Shown here: piece by piece, positions 1-10,195 of the stretch
Position numbering within the stretch: position 1 is the first letter of the stretch
Layout: each line of letters opens with the position of its first letter
Source of the DNA: Candidatus Fermentibacterota bacterium
GTDB lineage: Bacteria; JAFGKV01
Length of the DNA: 35,507 nucleotides
Reading direction: 5' to 3'
Assembly (NCBI GenBank): GCA_016928395.1
Contig: JAFGKV010000155.1
Span: 1 to 35,507, forward strand
Notes under the pieces: model-generated
What the model was told of the DNA's origin: nothing
The model's database searches: none
Seen by the model: only the letters and a program-made list of their open reading frames with translations
Made by a program: the position numbers and the translations under genes

Positions 1-210
1 GAGGGCAGGGGCTTCGGTATCGGTATCGCTATCGCCATCGAGAGGCGTACATCGAGTACGAGTGCGTGGATGTACTCTCAAACGAGTTTTGAGTTCTGAG
101 TTCATGGCTGATTGGCTGCTGTCGACTGGAGACTGGTTCCGGTATCGCCATCGAATCGACGAGCCGGGTATTCGAGTACATGTACGCGTAGGGGAGCCTC
201 ACTTGTCCGC
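1..210. repeat. Intergenic periodic-repeat element, copy A (GGTATC/GCTATC hexamers, ATGTACTCTCAAAC, AATCGACGAGCCG)
   Basis: ATGTACTCTCAAAC at 70-83 equals 12841-12854; AATCGACGAGCCG at 154-166 equals 12794-12806; CGGTATCGGTATCGCTATCG at 16-35. Confidence 0.7.
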
Positions 211-349
211 TCAAACAAGGGTTGGGGCCGGGCCTCCTTCACTTCTTCACCTCACAGAGTCCGCTATTCCGGAGGCCCTGAGCGAAGTCGAGAGGCGTGA
301 CATCCCCGTTTCTGATTTCGGAATTCGTGCGTCGAATCTCCAGCCCCTC

Positions 350-628
350 CTACTCCCTCTCGGGCCACGGCCTTCCTAAAGGGTTCGCCAAGAGACGCTC
401 TTTGCAGGCCGGACAGACCAGGTAACTTCGACGACAGTGAACGTCGGCGACCACAATCTCCTCGGGCAGAGCTCCACGGCAATGGGCTACGTCTGCCATC
501 GCCTGGGCAATACCATCCCAGGGGCCGGCGACGAGTTCGTCATTCACCCGGGCAACCACCCACATCCACACCAGGTAGGCGACGTCATCAGGCCCAATCG
601 CCCGATCGCAGCGGTCACACCTGCTCAT
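350..628 (-). CDS. Small putative zinc-binding protein (92 aa)
   Basis: N-terminal CDRC and C-terminal CPAC pairs; its ATG overlaps the rhomboid stop (ATGA, 625-628). Confidence 0.75.
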   Translation of the reverse strand: MSRCDRCDRAIGPDDVAYLVWMWVVARVNDELVAGPWDGIAQAMADVAHCRGALPEEIVVADVHCRRSYLVCPACKERLLANPLGRPWPERE

Positions 629-1284
629 TCTTTCCTCCTCCAGCGCTCGGCCGCAATGCAGCCGACAATGAATCCGCCCAAGTGCGCGAAGATGGCCACC
701 GCTGTCTCACCGGCCATCAGCGCGGCGACTGCGTGAAACACGACCCATACGCCGATGAACGCACCCGCAGGAACATCGACTGTTGATAGGAAGATGATCA
801 GGACAAGCAATGATCTGATCCGGCCCTTGGGAAACAGGCAGAGGTAGGCACCCAAGACGCCGGCTACGGCGCCGGATGCTCCGATTGCGGGAATCAGGGA
901 GTCCGGGTTGGTGTACGCGTGAGCCACCATGCCGACGACGCCCGAAGCGATGTAGAGGCTCAAGAAACGCCCTCGGCCCAGGCGGTACTCGACGCCGGGG
1001 CCAAAGACCCAGAGGTAGAGCATGTTGCCGGCCAGGTGAATGAGGCCCCCATGGAGGAAGATTGCCGCAATGAGAGTCAGGCCGGGGTGAAGACGCGATG
1101 CTACCTCCAGCGACCGGCCACGGGCGATCTCCCAGGGGATGACGCCTCCTTGCCAGACGCTGCGGTGCATGCCCATTGCCAATTGGACCACGAATGCCCC
1201 GGCATTCATGCCGACTATCATGGCGAGGACCGGCGAACGCGTTCGAGGCTTGTGCACATCACGTATGGGGAGAAGCACAACCAT
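625..1284 (-). CDS. Rhomboid family intramembrane serine protease
   Basis: FLHGGLIHLAGNMLYLWVFG, catalytic GASG and AHLGG motifs; several TM segments. Confidence 0.95.
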   Translation of the reverse strand: MVVLLPIRDVHKPRTRSPVLAMIVGMNAGAFVVQLAMGMHRSVWQGGVIPWEIARGRSLEVASRLHPGLTLIAAIFLHGGLIHLAGNMLYLWVFGPGVEYRLGRGRFLSLYIASGVVGMVAHAYTNPDSLIPAIGASGAVAGVLGAYLCLFPKGRIRSLLVLIIFLSTVDVPAGAFIGVWVVFHAVAALMAGETAVAIFAHLGGFIVGCIAAERWRRKE

Positions 1285-1349
1285 CCCTCTGCTTGACGCG
1301 TGTGGCCGACATGACTATCCTCGATTCCCAGTCAGCCCAAGGAGCCCCT

Positions 1350-2645
1350 GTGAACGCAACAAACGCACTCACGAGCGAAGAGCAACTCGTCCTGGCGGCA
1401 GTCGGCGCCGGTATATCAGCCGAACACCAGGAAACGGTCAACCACACGCTGGAACAGGGTGTGGTATGGCGCGGCGTGCAATTCCTCGCGGAACGAAACA
1501 ATGCCGGTTCGTTTCTGCACCGGGCATTGCGCAATGTACCCGGCGAACTCGTCCCTGAGCAAGTCCAGACGAAGTTCCGCCAGATCTACTTGGCGACGTT
1601 TCAGAGAAACCAGGAGTTTGCCCACGTAATCTCCCATCTCAGTGAGACTTTCGGCCGGGCGGATACCAGGGCGGTCTTTCTTCGAGGGCTGGTACTGGCG
1701 GAACGCGTCTACGGCAACCCCTCGCTCCGCCGATTCGCCGATATCGATGTACTCGTACAGAGAGACGATGTTCCCCGGGCACTCCTGGCCCTGGAGGGCG
1801 CGGGGGGCGTTCCTCGCAGGGGTACGCTGAGCAACGGCTATTACTACCGGAACCACTTCCATCTGGAACGCGTCATGGGCAATGGGCAAGGATCCACGGT
1901 GGAGCTTCACTGGAACCTGGATCACCGCTACACCCTCTTCACCATCGACGTGGCGGGTCTGATCGATCGCTCACTTTCAGCCCAAGTCGGCTCCGCGTGC
2001 GTGCAGGTACTTTCGCCTGTTGACGACATCCTAGGCCTGTGTCTTCATGCGGTGAAGCATTGCCCCGCAATCCGGCACTTCCCGTCCTCTCCGCTTCTGC
2101 CGCGGCGTATCCTCCTGGACGGATGGCTGACCCAGCTTGTCGATGTCGCCATGGCCTTGCGATGGTACACGACGCTGGATTGGGACCTCGTGGTGGCATC
2201 AGCCAGGTCATGGGGCGCGGAAGCTTCGGCGTCTGGGGCATTCACCGCGGTGCAGTCCATTCTGGGCATATCGCCACCAGAACCGGTGCTGCAGCAACTT
2301 CGAATGGCCGCCAAGCCGGCTCGCTTCGGCCGAAGCTTGGTGAGAGCCTTTGTCGATCCGGCCACGACGCTCCAACCTCTGGATCAGCGGAGGCCGCTTA
2401 CCAGGCTCATCCTGACCAGATGGCGGTTTCAGGAAGATGCGGTATTCCACCCGGTTCGATTGCTGGATCTTCTGAACTACTTTGCCCCCAGCCGTCAGGA
2501 CTTGGCTCGATGGTTCGGCAAACCGCGCCTCCGCCCCTTCTGGTGGTGGTGGGCACGACATGCGGCCGTCAGTAGCCTGCGCTTGCTCGCGGGGCTCGTG
2601 GATCTTGTGGCAAGCCGTCTCGCCGTCACGGTCAGGAACCGCTAA
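1350..2645 (+). CDS. Nucleotidyltransferase family protein (NTP_transf_5-like)
   Basis: FLRG..LAERVY...LRRFADIDVLV and VELHW motifs; AAGGAG 5 nt before GTG at 1350 (ATG 1311 is the alternative). Confidence 0.85.
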   Translation: MNATNALTSEEQLVLAAVGAGISAEHQETVNHTLEQGVVWRGVQFLAERNNAGSFLHRALRNVPGELVPEQVQTKFRQIYLATFQRNQEFAHVISHLSETFGRADTRAVFLRGLVLAERVYGNPSLRRFADIDVLVQRDDVPRALLALEGAGGVPRRGTLSNGYYYRNHFHLERVMGNGQGSTVELHWNLDHRYTLFTIDVAGLIDRSLSAQVGSACVQVLSPVDDILGLCLHAVKHCPAIRHFPSSPLLPRRILLDGWLTQLVDVAMALRWYTTLDWDLVVASARSWGAEASASGAFTAVQSILGISPPEPVLQQLRMAAKPARFGRSLVRAFVDPATTLQPLDQRRPLTRLILTRWRFQEDAVFHPVRLLDLLNYFAPSRQDLARWFGKPRLRPFWWWWARHAAVSSLRLLAGLVDLVASRLAVTVRNR

Positions 2646-2896
2646 CGCAAATCTGCCTGCCACGCCGGATGGTTCGAAGGATTCGGGGTCAGGCTTCAAG
2701 CTTCGGCCGGCCTCCGACGGCATGCGTCCTACGGGCTCTCGATGGGGCCAGAGTACGCCGCGGGGCGACGCGTAGGAGCGACGGCCTCCGCGACTGGTTC
2801 ATGTCCCTTTCGTGACAGGAGGTCGGGAGGGACTCGGCCGGACTATGAACGCTGGTACGATGGTAAGGTCTCGAGTCAAGGCAGCCCGCTCGAGCA

Positions 2897-2918
2897 ACTA
2901 TTCTAAATATAGAATAGT
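2897..2918. other. AT-rich palindrome ACTATTCTA-AATA-TAGAATAGT
   Basis: 9-bp perfect arms; core CTATTCTA-N4-TAGAATAG recurs at 29355-29374. Confidence 0.75.
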
Positions 2919-3111
2919 CTAGATCGCACGCCCCTGAGCCACGCGTGAGCGTGCTTCGATGGGGCCGGAGCCCCTATGTGATTAACTCTCTTGTCCAGTA
3001 GCTAGCCATGCAATCAACGCAGAGAGACCGCCGCTGCCGGGGGGCTGTCTGGCCTCGCCACGATTACGGATCGATGCGCAAAGCGCGATCGCCAGCCCAG
3101 CGCCAGCGTCG

Positions 3112-4014
3112 TCACGAAGCGCTGCTCCCCTCCCACGCAGGGCTTCGTGTGTGGAGCGTCAAATAGAATCCCTCGACCTTACGGCGGAGGAGCTTCCCCG
3201 CAGATCGAAGTTGCCACGAGCTGGGGAACTCGATCTCATCCTTGCGGAGGTGCAACGCGCCGGAGCGACCCTTGCCTTTCTTGTTGTACCCCATGGCCAT
3301 CGCATATCGAACGTCATCCAGCCGGAACAGGGCAAGGCTGTTGACCGTCATATCGTCCACCGACCCGCCCAGCAGTCGATCGATGAACGCATCAATGTCG
3401 ATGCCGATCCTCCCCTCATGCACAGCCCAGACATAGCAGTCATCCAGGGCAAAAGACCCCCGACCCCGCTCGGTAATCACCACCCGGCCCACATGCCACT
3501 CCACAAGCTCGATCCTCCGGTGTATCAGGACAGAGCCCGGATGATAGCCCAGAAGTGAATACGGGGCCGGCACCTTGCCGTCGCGGGTCAACCAGAATGA
3601 GACAATCCGCGTGTCCGGCGACGGCCCCTGCCCTCTTCCCATCCTCTCCAACAGCTTCAGAGGGATCAGCGTCGACCGCCTTGATTGTGCCGTCACGCGC
3701 CGTATGTCGTCTCCCTCCAAAGTATCGAGGATGTCGTCGCGCAGAAGACCGACCAAGAACGACAGCACGGGATCACGCACGTCGGCCGCGGGCTCGACAC
3801 GCAGGGCCGGGGCTTCCTCGGTGTCGCAGGCCGTTGACTCCTGCGCGGCGGGCTCGAGAGGAATTTCGTTCGTCGCCCATGCTCCCGAATGCGGCAGGCC
3901 ACCGCCAAGAAGGCTTGTCAGCGCCAGTCCGAGAAGGCAACCCCCACGACAGCATCCGCCCTGCCACGAGAGGCGTCGCCGCACGCCTTGTTCGGATGCG
4001 TTCCGGGTTCTCAC
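3112..4014 (-). CDS. Hypothetical, probably exported protein (300 aa)
   Basis: Long ORF, GAGGAG 9 nt before GTG, hydrophobic N-terminal stretch; no family recognised. Confidence 0.7.
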   Translation of the reverse strand: MRTRNASEQGVRRRLSWQGGCCRGGCLLGLALTSLLGGGLPHSGAWATNEIPLEPAAQESTACDTEEAPALRVEPAADVRDPVLSFLVGLLRDDILDTLEGDDIRRVTAQSRRSTLIPLKLLERMGRGQGPSPDTRIVSFWLTRDGKVPAPYSLLGYHPGSVLIHRRIELVEWHVGRVVITERGRGSFALDDCYVWAVHEGRIGIDIDAFIDRLLGGSVDDMTVNSLALFRLDDVRYAMAMGYNKKGKGRSGALHLRKDEIEFPSSWQLRSAGKLLRRKVEGFYLTLHTRSPAWEGSSAS

Positions 4015-4401
4015 GACGGGATGCTCCTCGTCGGCGGTCGCGCCACAACCTCACGTTCCCTTGCCATGATCACACGCCTCAATCCTGCCGTTGTGCGCCT
4101 GAGGCTCATTAGGATTCCTGTTGCCCGGCACGTTGAAAGACACAGCGAGAATGCTGGGCACCAAGGCACACGACGGGCCCGAATTTGTCAACACGCCGGC
4201 GCAGCGACCGCCATGGTGACCGCGCGCGGAGAGCGCGCTCGAGCGCTGGCGCGGCCCTCTGTTCCGGGGCGACCGGTGTTCCACGTTTGACGATTGACGC
4301 GCTATGTTCGACCTTCTGCCCCAAACAGCAGGCTTTGCCTGCGCGGTTGCCCCAACACACCCAGGCGATGCGTGCGCGCCTCGCCAACACGGGAGGAACG
4401 T

Positions 4402-4929
4402 ATGGATTTCTACGAAGTAGTACGGCGTCGACGAAGTGTCAGGTCATTCCTGCCGCGGGACGTATCAGACGAGAAAGTGCGCCGGATCATCGCAACCGGG
4501 CTCGCGGCCCAGTCGGCGAAGAACCGACAGCCCTGGCGTTTTATCGTGGTACGGGATGCTGCTGCCAAGAAGGCCCTAGCCAAGGCGGCCAAGAACCAGC
4601 ACTTCATCGCCGAGGCGCCCGTGGTGCTTGCCGCCTGCGCAGTAGATACCGACTATGTGATGACCTGCGGGCAGCCCGCCTACACGGTCGATGTGAGCAT
4701 TGCTGTTGACCATATCACCCTGGCTGCCGTAGTGGAAGGCTTGAGTTCTTGCTGGATCGGGGCCTTCCATGAGGATAAGGCCAAGGAGGTGCTGGGTGTT
4801 CCAGACACTGCGCGTATTGTGGCATTGTTGCCCATGGGCTATGCCGCATCCAGCCCTGAGCCGACGTCCCGGGGGTCGTTCGAAGACCGGGTGGCAAAGG
4901 ACACGTGGCCCGAAGCCTGGAATGCGTGA
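4402..4929 (+). CDS. Nitroreductase family protein
   Basis: RRRSVRSF, AQSAKNRQPWRFIVV, GLSSCWIG motifs; GGAGG RBS. Confidence 0.95.
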   Translation: MDFYEVVRRRRSVRSFLPRDVSDEKVRRIIATGLAAQSAKNRQPWRFIVVRDAAAKKALAKAAKNQHFIAEAPVVLAACAVDTDYVMTCGQPAYTVDVSIAVDHITLAAVVEGLSSCWIGAFHEDKAKEVLGVPDTARIVALLPMGYAASSPEPTSRGSFEDRVAKDTWPEAWNA

Positions 4930-4999
4930 CGCTGACACGGCAGCGCCCGGCGGCGTAGCCCGCGTGTGCCGCCGGGCGATCTGACCACCTTGTGAGACC

Positions 5000-7171
5000 A
5001 TGACCACCACCACCGTCAGCGGGACCCAGGGGAATCTCCCACCTGCGGGGGTCACCCGGATCGGCCTGAGGGCCTATCTGTTCGCGGCCGGGCTCGGCGT
5101 CTTCACTTTGGGCACCCAGGTTATCGTGGCGCGGGAGCTCCTTGCCACCTTCTCGGGTACGGAGCTCGTGCTGGCGTTCTTCTACGCGATTTGGCTGGCC
5201 AGCTTTGGCGCTGGCTCGTGGCTGACGCGGCGGCGCGGAGGCTCTGGCACGCTTCTGTTCGCATCGCTAGCCCTGATGGCGCTCCCCCAGTGGTCCATCG
5301 CCGCGCTCCGGCACGCTCCCGGATTGCTGGGCCTCAGCGCCGGCGAAACCCCGCCCCTGTGGGCCGCGTTGGCCAGCCCCCTGATCATAGCGCCCTGGGG
5401 AATCATCGCCGGCATGGTGTTCCCTCTGGGGGCACGGTTTGTCGGCGAACCGCAACGATTAGGCCGTTTCTATGCCGCGGAGGCGCTCGGCGGCCTCGCA
5501 TCAGGCGCGTTCATCTCATTGTGGCTCCTCGAACGGGCAGGCTCGTTCCAGGCCTTGGCGCCCCTCACCGCCTGTTTCGCGCTGGCGGTATGGGCTGTGG
5601 CTCGAGCCGCGTCCCACGGTGGCATCGGCTTCCGGCTGGCCTTCATTGGGATCCTCCTGCACAGCATCGTATGGAGCTGGCAGGGCAACATCCTGGATGC
5701 GGTACGCTGGCACGCGACCGTGGGTGGAGGTTCTCTCGTGTGGAGCGGCGACTCTCGCTACGGCCACCTGACGGTCGGGCAATTCGACGAACGCTTCTCG
5801 TTCTATGTTGACGGCACCCTTGCCTTCTCCTGCCCCGCCGATCCCCTTGAACTCCTGGAAGCAAGAACCTTTCTCCAGTTGCCGGGCGCAATCCGGGCCG
5901 TCGGTGTGGCCAACCATCCCAACCCGCCACTACACGCCGTGCTTCCTCCTACCGCGACCCTCTACGCTGTGCAGGAGGATGCACTCGTGGGTGCGGCGGC
6001 GGCCAGGCTGTGCGACGCCGCGCTCGGCGTCGCTGCCGATCCTCGCGAATGGCTCCGGTCGGTGGAGAACACGCTTGATCTCCTGGTGGTCTATGCGCCC
6101 GAGCCCTTGACGGCCGTGGCGAATCGGTACTCCACGGTAGACTTCTTCCGTGTCGCCGCGAAGGCCCTGGCGCCCGGGGGTGTCCTGGCGCTGTCTGCGC
6201 ATCTTCCCGGGGCGCTGCTCTCGGGCACCCAGGCGACGGTCGCCTCCGGTACTTACCAGGACCTGCGCTCAGCCTTTGCCTCCGTCCTGGCAAGCCCCGG
6301 CCCCGGCGGGTGGTTCTTTGCAGGAGTTGACTCGTCGTTTTCTCTCGCCGAAGTGCGGGGCAGAGCAGCCCTTCGTGACGATGGCGGCCTGTCCGTCGCC
6401 CATGTAGACCTCCTCTTTCCCCCGGCCGAGACCGCGGCCTTGAACGAAGCGTTGTCTTCGTTGCCTGCCCTGCCCTCCAATACCGACCGGCATCCACGAG
6501 CCTACCTGCGACAACTCCAGGTGTGGCTGGAACGATCGGGGATTCCTGCGGCTTCTATCCGGAGGCCCGCCGGCGCGACACCGGCGGTGTGGGTGGTCAT
6601 CATCGCCGGTGCGCTGCTGTGGTCGTGGAGGTCACGAAGGAGTGCGGAATCAGGCGCCACCGGAACCATAGTCACCACAGGGTTTGTGGCATTCGCGGGC
6701 AGCATGCTGGTGCTCTTGGGGTTCCAGCACGCCGTGGGCACGCTCTACGGAAGAATCGCCTTGCTCAACGGGTTGTACATGGCGGGCCTGGCCGTTGGCG
6801 CATGGTCGGGGGCACGGTATGCCATTCGGCTGTGGGTCGGCGATCTCTTTCTGATCGGCGTCTTCTCTGCCTGCGCGGCCGTGCTCCCGTCGATGCATCA
6901 CGCCTTGGCGTACTATGCAGCCTCGATTTCGATTGCCGTCGCGGCCGGATGGCAGTTCGCGGCAGCCGCGGGGGTTGTGGAGCGCCAGGGTCGAGCGCAG
7001 CGGGCAGCAGGGCTGCTGGAAGCGGCAGACCACGCCGGCGCTACCATAGGCAGCATTGCCGGGGGCCTCATCATTCTTCCTCTCTGCGGCTTCGGGGGCG
7101 GCTTCCTCTTGCTGGCGAGTGTCAAGCTGATCTCGGCGGTATCGAGTCTCAGCGCCCGTTCAACCCGCTGA
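5000..7171 (+). CDS. Membrane-fused spermidine-synthase-like protein (TM block, synthase-like domain, TM block)
   Basis: Q.IVARELL..F.G.EL, GMVFPL, YAAEALG, DSRYGHLTV, DLLVV..PEP....NRYSTVDFF, NTDRHP motifs. Confidence 0.8.
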   Translation: MTTTTVSGTQGNLPPAGVTRIGLRAYLFAAGLGVFTLGTQVIVARELLATFSGTELVLAFFYAIWLASFGAGSWLTRRRGGSGTLLFASLALMALPQWSIAALRHAPGLLGLSAGETPPLWAALASPLIIAPWGIIAGMVFPLGARFVGEPQRLGRFYAAEALGGLASGAFISLWLLERAGSFQALAPLTACFALAVWAVARAASHGGIGFRLAFIGILLHSIVWSWQGNILDAVRWHATVGGGSLVWSGDSRYGHLTVGQFDERFSFYVDGTLAFSCPADPLELLEARTFLQLPGAIRAVGVANHPNPPLHAVLPPTATLYAVQEDALVGAAAARLCDAALGVAADPREWLRSVENTLDLLVVYAPEPLTAVANRYSTVDFFRVAAKALAPGGVLALSAHLPGALLSGTQATVASGTYQDLRSAFASVLASPGPGGWFFAGVDSSFSLAEVRGRAALRDDGGLSVAHVDLLFPPAETAALNEALSSLPALPSNTDRHPRAYLRQLQVWLERSGIPAASIRRPAGATPAVWVVIIAGALLWSWRSRRSAESGATGTIVTTGFVAFAGSMLVLLGFQHAVGTLYGRIALLNGLYMAGLAVGAWSGARYAIRLWVGDLFLIGVFSACAAVLPSMHHALAYYAASISIAVAAGWQFAAAAGVVERQGRAQRAAGLLEAADHAGATIGSIAGGLIILPLCGFGGGFLLLASVKLISAVSSLSARSTR

Positions 7172-7278
7172 CCTGTCAGGCGGGCACCTCCCGGCGGAGA
7201 ACCTATCCCCCCGCGGTCGCCCCTGAGTATTCGAGAGAGCGCGGGCAGGTCGTACCCATACTCGGATGGCCGGCGTGG

Positions 7279-7306
7279 CGATTACGACAACGACAACGAT
7301 AGCGAT
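7279..7306 (-). repeat. Periodic-repeat element, copy B
   Basis: Reverse complement ATCGCTATCGTTGTCGTTGTCGTAATCG matches 12771-12792 with one extra TTGTCG unit. Confidence 0.7.
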
Positions 7307-7537
7307 CCAGAGGCGCCGGCGGGCGACCAGGGGCGAGCATGGACAGAGTAGGAGGGCCTTCAGGCCCGACAGGGGTCGCGCACCGCGGCTGAAGCCGGTT
7401 GCCACAGAGAAGCCGTGGCATCGCGCCCGCCCGGCTGCGCGGCAAACTCCCGCCCTCGAAGAATCTGAGTGCGCCCTCGCCGTCAGAGACCCGACTGAAC
7501 CCTGGTGCCCTTTAGTCCCCCTCCCCCCAAGGCCCTG

Positions 7538-8881
7538 TCAGACCTTACGCGGATCGTGTGGTGCATTCCGTTCCGGTGGGTCGAAAGAGAAGACTCCAGA
7601 TGCCTTGCGGTTCATGAAGACCGCCAGAGTGGTGAGGCTGATGAGCGTGGCCAGGGCCGCACCATACGCCCCGAACTGCCGGATCAGGATGATATCAAGG
7701 ACGAGGTTGAGCCCCGCGATGGCGATCCTGGCGCCGAAGACAAAGGAGGGCACACCCGCGGCGTTGATCAGGTTCTGCGCCAGCGCAGTCCAGGGAACCG
7801 TGAGCCCCGTGAGCGACAAAACCGCCAGGAGCGGGCCGGCGGAGGGGTACTTGCCACCGTAGAAAAACCTGACCATGGGGATCGCCACCAGGGCCAGCCC
7901 CACGGCCAACGCCCCGCATGCGGCGGTGGAACCGACAAGCAGCCTTCGGTATACACGCCGGAGTTCCTCCCTCCGCCGCTGCGACCAGAGCCGGCAAAAC
8001 AGTGGGAACAACACCAAAGCCGCCGTGTGGTGGTAGATGTCGAACAACCGCACGAACACCTTGCCGACGCCGTACGCCGCCACTTCGGCAGGCGATCGGA
8101 AGGCGGAGAGGATGACCACATCCACCCGCGTGAACACGACCGCGCTGACACTGGTACCCAACGTATACTTCCCATACTCGTACATGCGCCGGAGCTCACC
8201 TCGCGACACCCTCGGCCCAAAGAACCCCCGTGGTGTCAGGACAGCCGATGCCACGGATGACGAAACCGCGGCCCACACAGTCGCCTGCAGAAGCTGTCCT
8301 GCATGCACCGCACCGGTAGTGAGCGCATGGGCCGCGATGACGCCGATCAAAGTCACATGGTACACGGCATTGATGAGGAATACCTGGCGCGTATGGTGCA
8401 AGGCCTGAAAGATCGCCATTCGAAGCTCGGCCACTGCCCCCAGAAGCACCGCGGCGGCTACGAGCCAGATCAGATCGGGCAGCGGAGGGCACCCCAGAAT
8501 CGCGGCTGCCTGATGCCGGAACCCGATGAGCAGGCCCAACGCAGCCACTTGGAACAGAACCGTCAAGACCGTGCTGCTGCCCACCACGGCGCCCCGCCGC
8601 TCCTCTTCGAAGAAGTGCCGCACCAGAGGCGTGTACCCGAAGTTCCTGGCCAACTGGACGATCATCAGGTAGATGGCCTGCAGCACGAGATAGGCCCCGA
8701 GTTCTCCCTCGGGAGTTGCGCGGAACACCACCAGAATGGCGAAAATGCCGTAGGCGGGAATAAGCAAGCTATTTCCCAGGCCCCAGGCGCCGATCTTCAT
8801 GGTGTCCTGCCGGGCGTTCACCACCGACACTGCTTGTCTCCACCACGAACGGATCGATTTCACGCCAACCTGCCGGTTCAT
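7538..8881 (-). CDS. Oligosaccharide/polysaccharide flippase (Wzx/MOP superfamily)
   Basis: Many TM segments; RVDVVILSAF..AEVAAYG and NLVLDIILIRQFGAYGAALAT motifs; start uncertain. Confidence 0.9.
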   Translation of the reverse strand: MNRQVGVKSIRSWWRQAVSVVNARQDTMKIGAWGLGNSLLIPAYGIFAILVVFRATPEGELGAYLVLQAIYLMIVQLARNFGYTPLVRHFFEEERRGAVVGSSTVLTVLFQVAALGLLIGFRHQAAAILGCPPLPDLIWLVAAAVLLGAVAELRMAIFQALHHTRQVFLINAVYHVTLIGVIAAHALTTGAVHAGQLLQATVWAAVSSSVASAVLTPRGFFGPRVSRGELRRMYEYGKYTLGTSVSAVVFTRVDVVILSAFRSPAEVAAYGVGKVFVRLFDIYHHTAALVLFPLFCRLWSQRRREELRRVYRRLLVGSTAACGALAVGLALVAIPMVRFFYGGKYPSAGPLLAVLSLTGLTVPWTALAQNLINAAGVPSFVFGARIAIAGLNLVLDIILIRQFGAYGAALATLISLTTLAVFMNRKASGVFSFDPPERNAPHDPRKV

Positions 8882-9037
8882 GTTCTCGGGATGCGCTCCA
8901 GCCCTCTCGGGCAAGAGACCTTTGGCGAAGGAAGGTAGCCACCGCTTCGCGGCCCGGCAACGACCCGCATCGGTTGACGCGCCCGGTTTCGCGCCTTGGT
9001 TGACTCCCCCCTGTATGCACAGAGAAAGGCCGTCGTG

Positions 9038-10192
9038 ATGGAAGAGCTAAAATCGGCGATGCACACATGGATCGAGATTGACGCGGAGTCACTCCGCCAC
9101 AACCTCGCCTCGTTTCGAGCACGGCTACCCATGCCAACCCGGCTCTGCCTCGTGGTCAAGGCCAATGCATACGGGCACGGCGTAGAGCCCATCGTCAGCT
9201 GCGCCCTGAAGTCGGGATTGGTGGATTGGTTTGCAGTGCATTCTCTGCCCGAGGCACGTCAAGTGGTGGCGCTGACCGAACTCCCTGTGCTCGTTCTCGG
9301 CTATGTACCGATCGCGGCGATAGACCAGGCGATCCACCCCCAGCTTCGCCTGACGGTATGGAATGCCGCCACGGTTCGCGCCTTGGCTGCCAAGGCTGAG
9401 GCGTGCGGCACAGTGGTCCCTGTGCACATCAAAGTCGAAACCGGCACCAATCGCCACGGCGTACTCCCTGGTGACGTGGTTGACTTCGCCCGGCTGATCA
9501 CGTCGTTGCCCGGCATCACCCTGGAAGGGCTATCTACCCACTACGCCAACATTGAGGATACGACCGACTACTCGTTCGCCGCCCGGCAGACAGAGGTCAT
9601 GGAGGAGGTCCGGCGCCAAGTTTCGCCCTTGGGTGGCGACCTGATCGTGCACACGGCCTGTTCCGCAGCGGCCCTGCTCTTCCCGGCCACCCATCACGAT
9701 CTCATTCGACTGGGCATCGCGGGCTATGGGCTCTGGCCGTCCAGGGAGACGCTGGTGAGTGCATCCTCACTTCCCGAATTCACGCCCCTGTGGCCGGTGC
9801 TGTCGTGGCGGGCGCGCCTCAGCCAGGTGAAGATTGTTGCGGCCGGGCAGTTCATCGGGTACGGCCTTACGTATCGCACGACGCGTACGACGGTGCTGGG
9901 GGTAGTGCCGGTGGGCTATGCCGAAGGCTACCCGCGAAACCTCTCGAACACCGGCCACGCCGTGGTCAGGGGAACTCGCGCACCGATTCGCGGCAGAGTC
10001 TGCATGAACATCATCATGGTGGATCTGACCGACATCCCCGGTGCGACCTTGGAGGATGTCGTCACGTTGATCGGTCGTGATGGCGACGAGGAAATCGGCG
10101 CGGCCACCCTCGCGGCCCAGAGCGGCACGATCCCCTATGAGATTGTCGCCCGGCTGAGCAGTTCCATTCCTCGATGTGTGACGGGAGCGTGA
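9038..10192 (+). CDS. alr: Alanine racemase
   Basis: PLP lysine motif VVKANAYGHG; VHIKVETG, VPVGYAEG, GRVCM, GTIPYEI. Confidence 0.97.
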   Translation: MEELKSAMHTWIEIDAESLRHNLASFRARLPMPTRLCLVVKANAYGHGVEPIVSCALKSGLVDWFAVHSLPEARQVVALTELPVLVLGYVPIAAIDQAIHPQLRLTVWNAATVRALAAKAEACGTVVPVHIKVETGTNRHGVLPGDVVDFARLITSLPGITLEGLSTHYANIEDTTDYSFAARQTEVMEEVRRQVSPLGGDLIVHTACSAAALLFPATHHDLIRLGIAGYGLWPSRETLVSASSLPEFTPLWPVLSWRARLSQVKIVAAGQFIGYGLTYRTTRTTVLGVVPVGYAEGYPRNLSNTGHAVVRGTRAPIRGRVCMNIIMVDLTDIPGATLEDVVTLIGRDGDEEIGAATLAAQSGTIPYEIVARLSSSIPRCVTGA

Positions 10193-10195
10193 ACC

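Noticed and set aside
2660-2700. tRNA-like GGTTCGAA motif
   Set aside because: No cloverleaf can be folded around it
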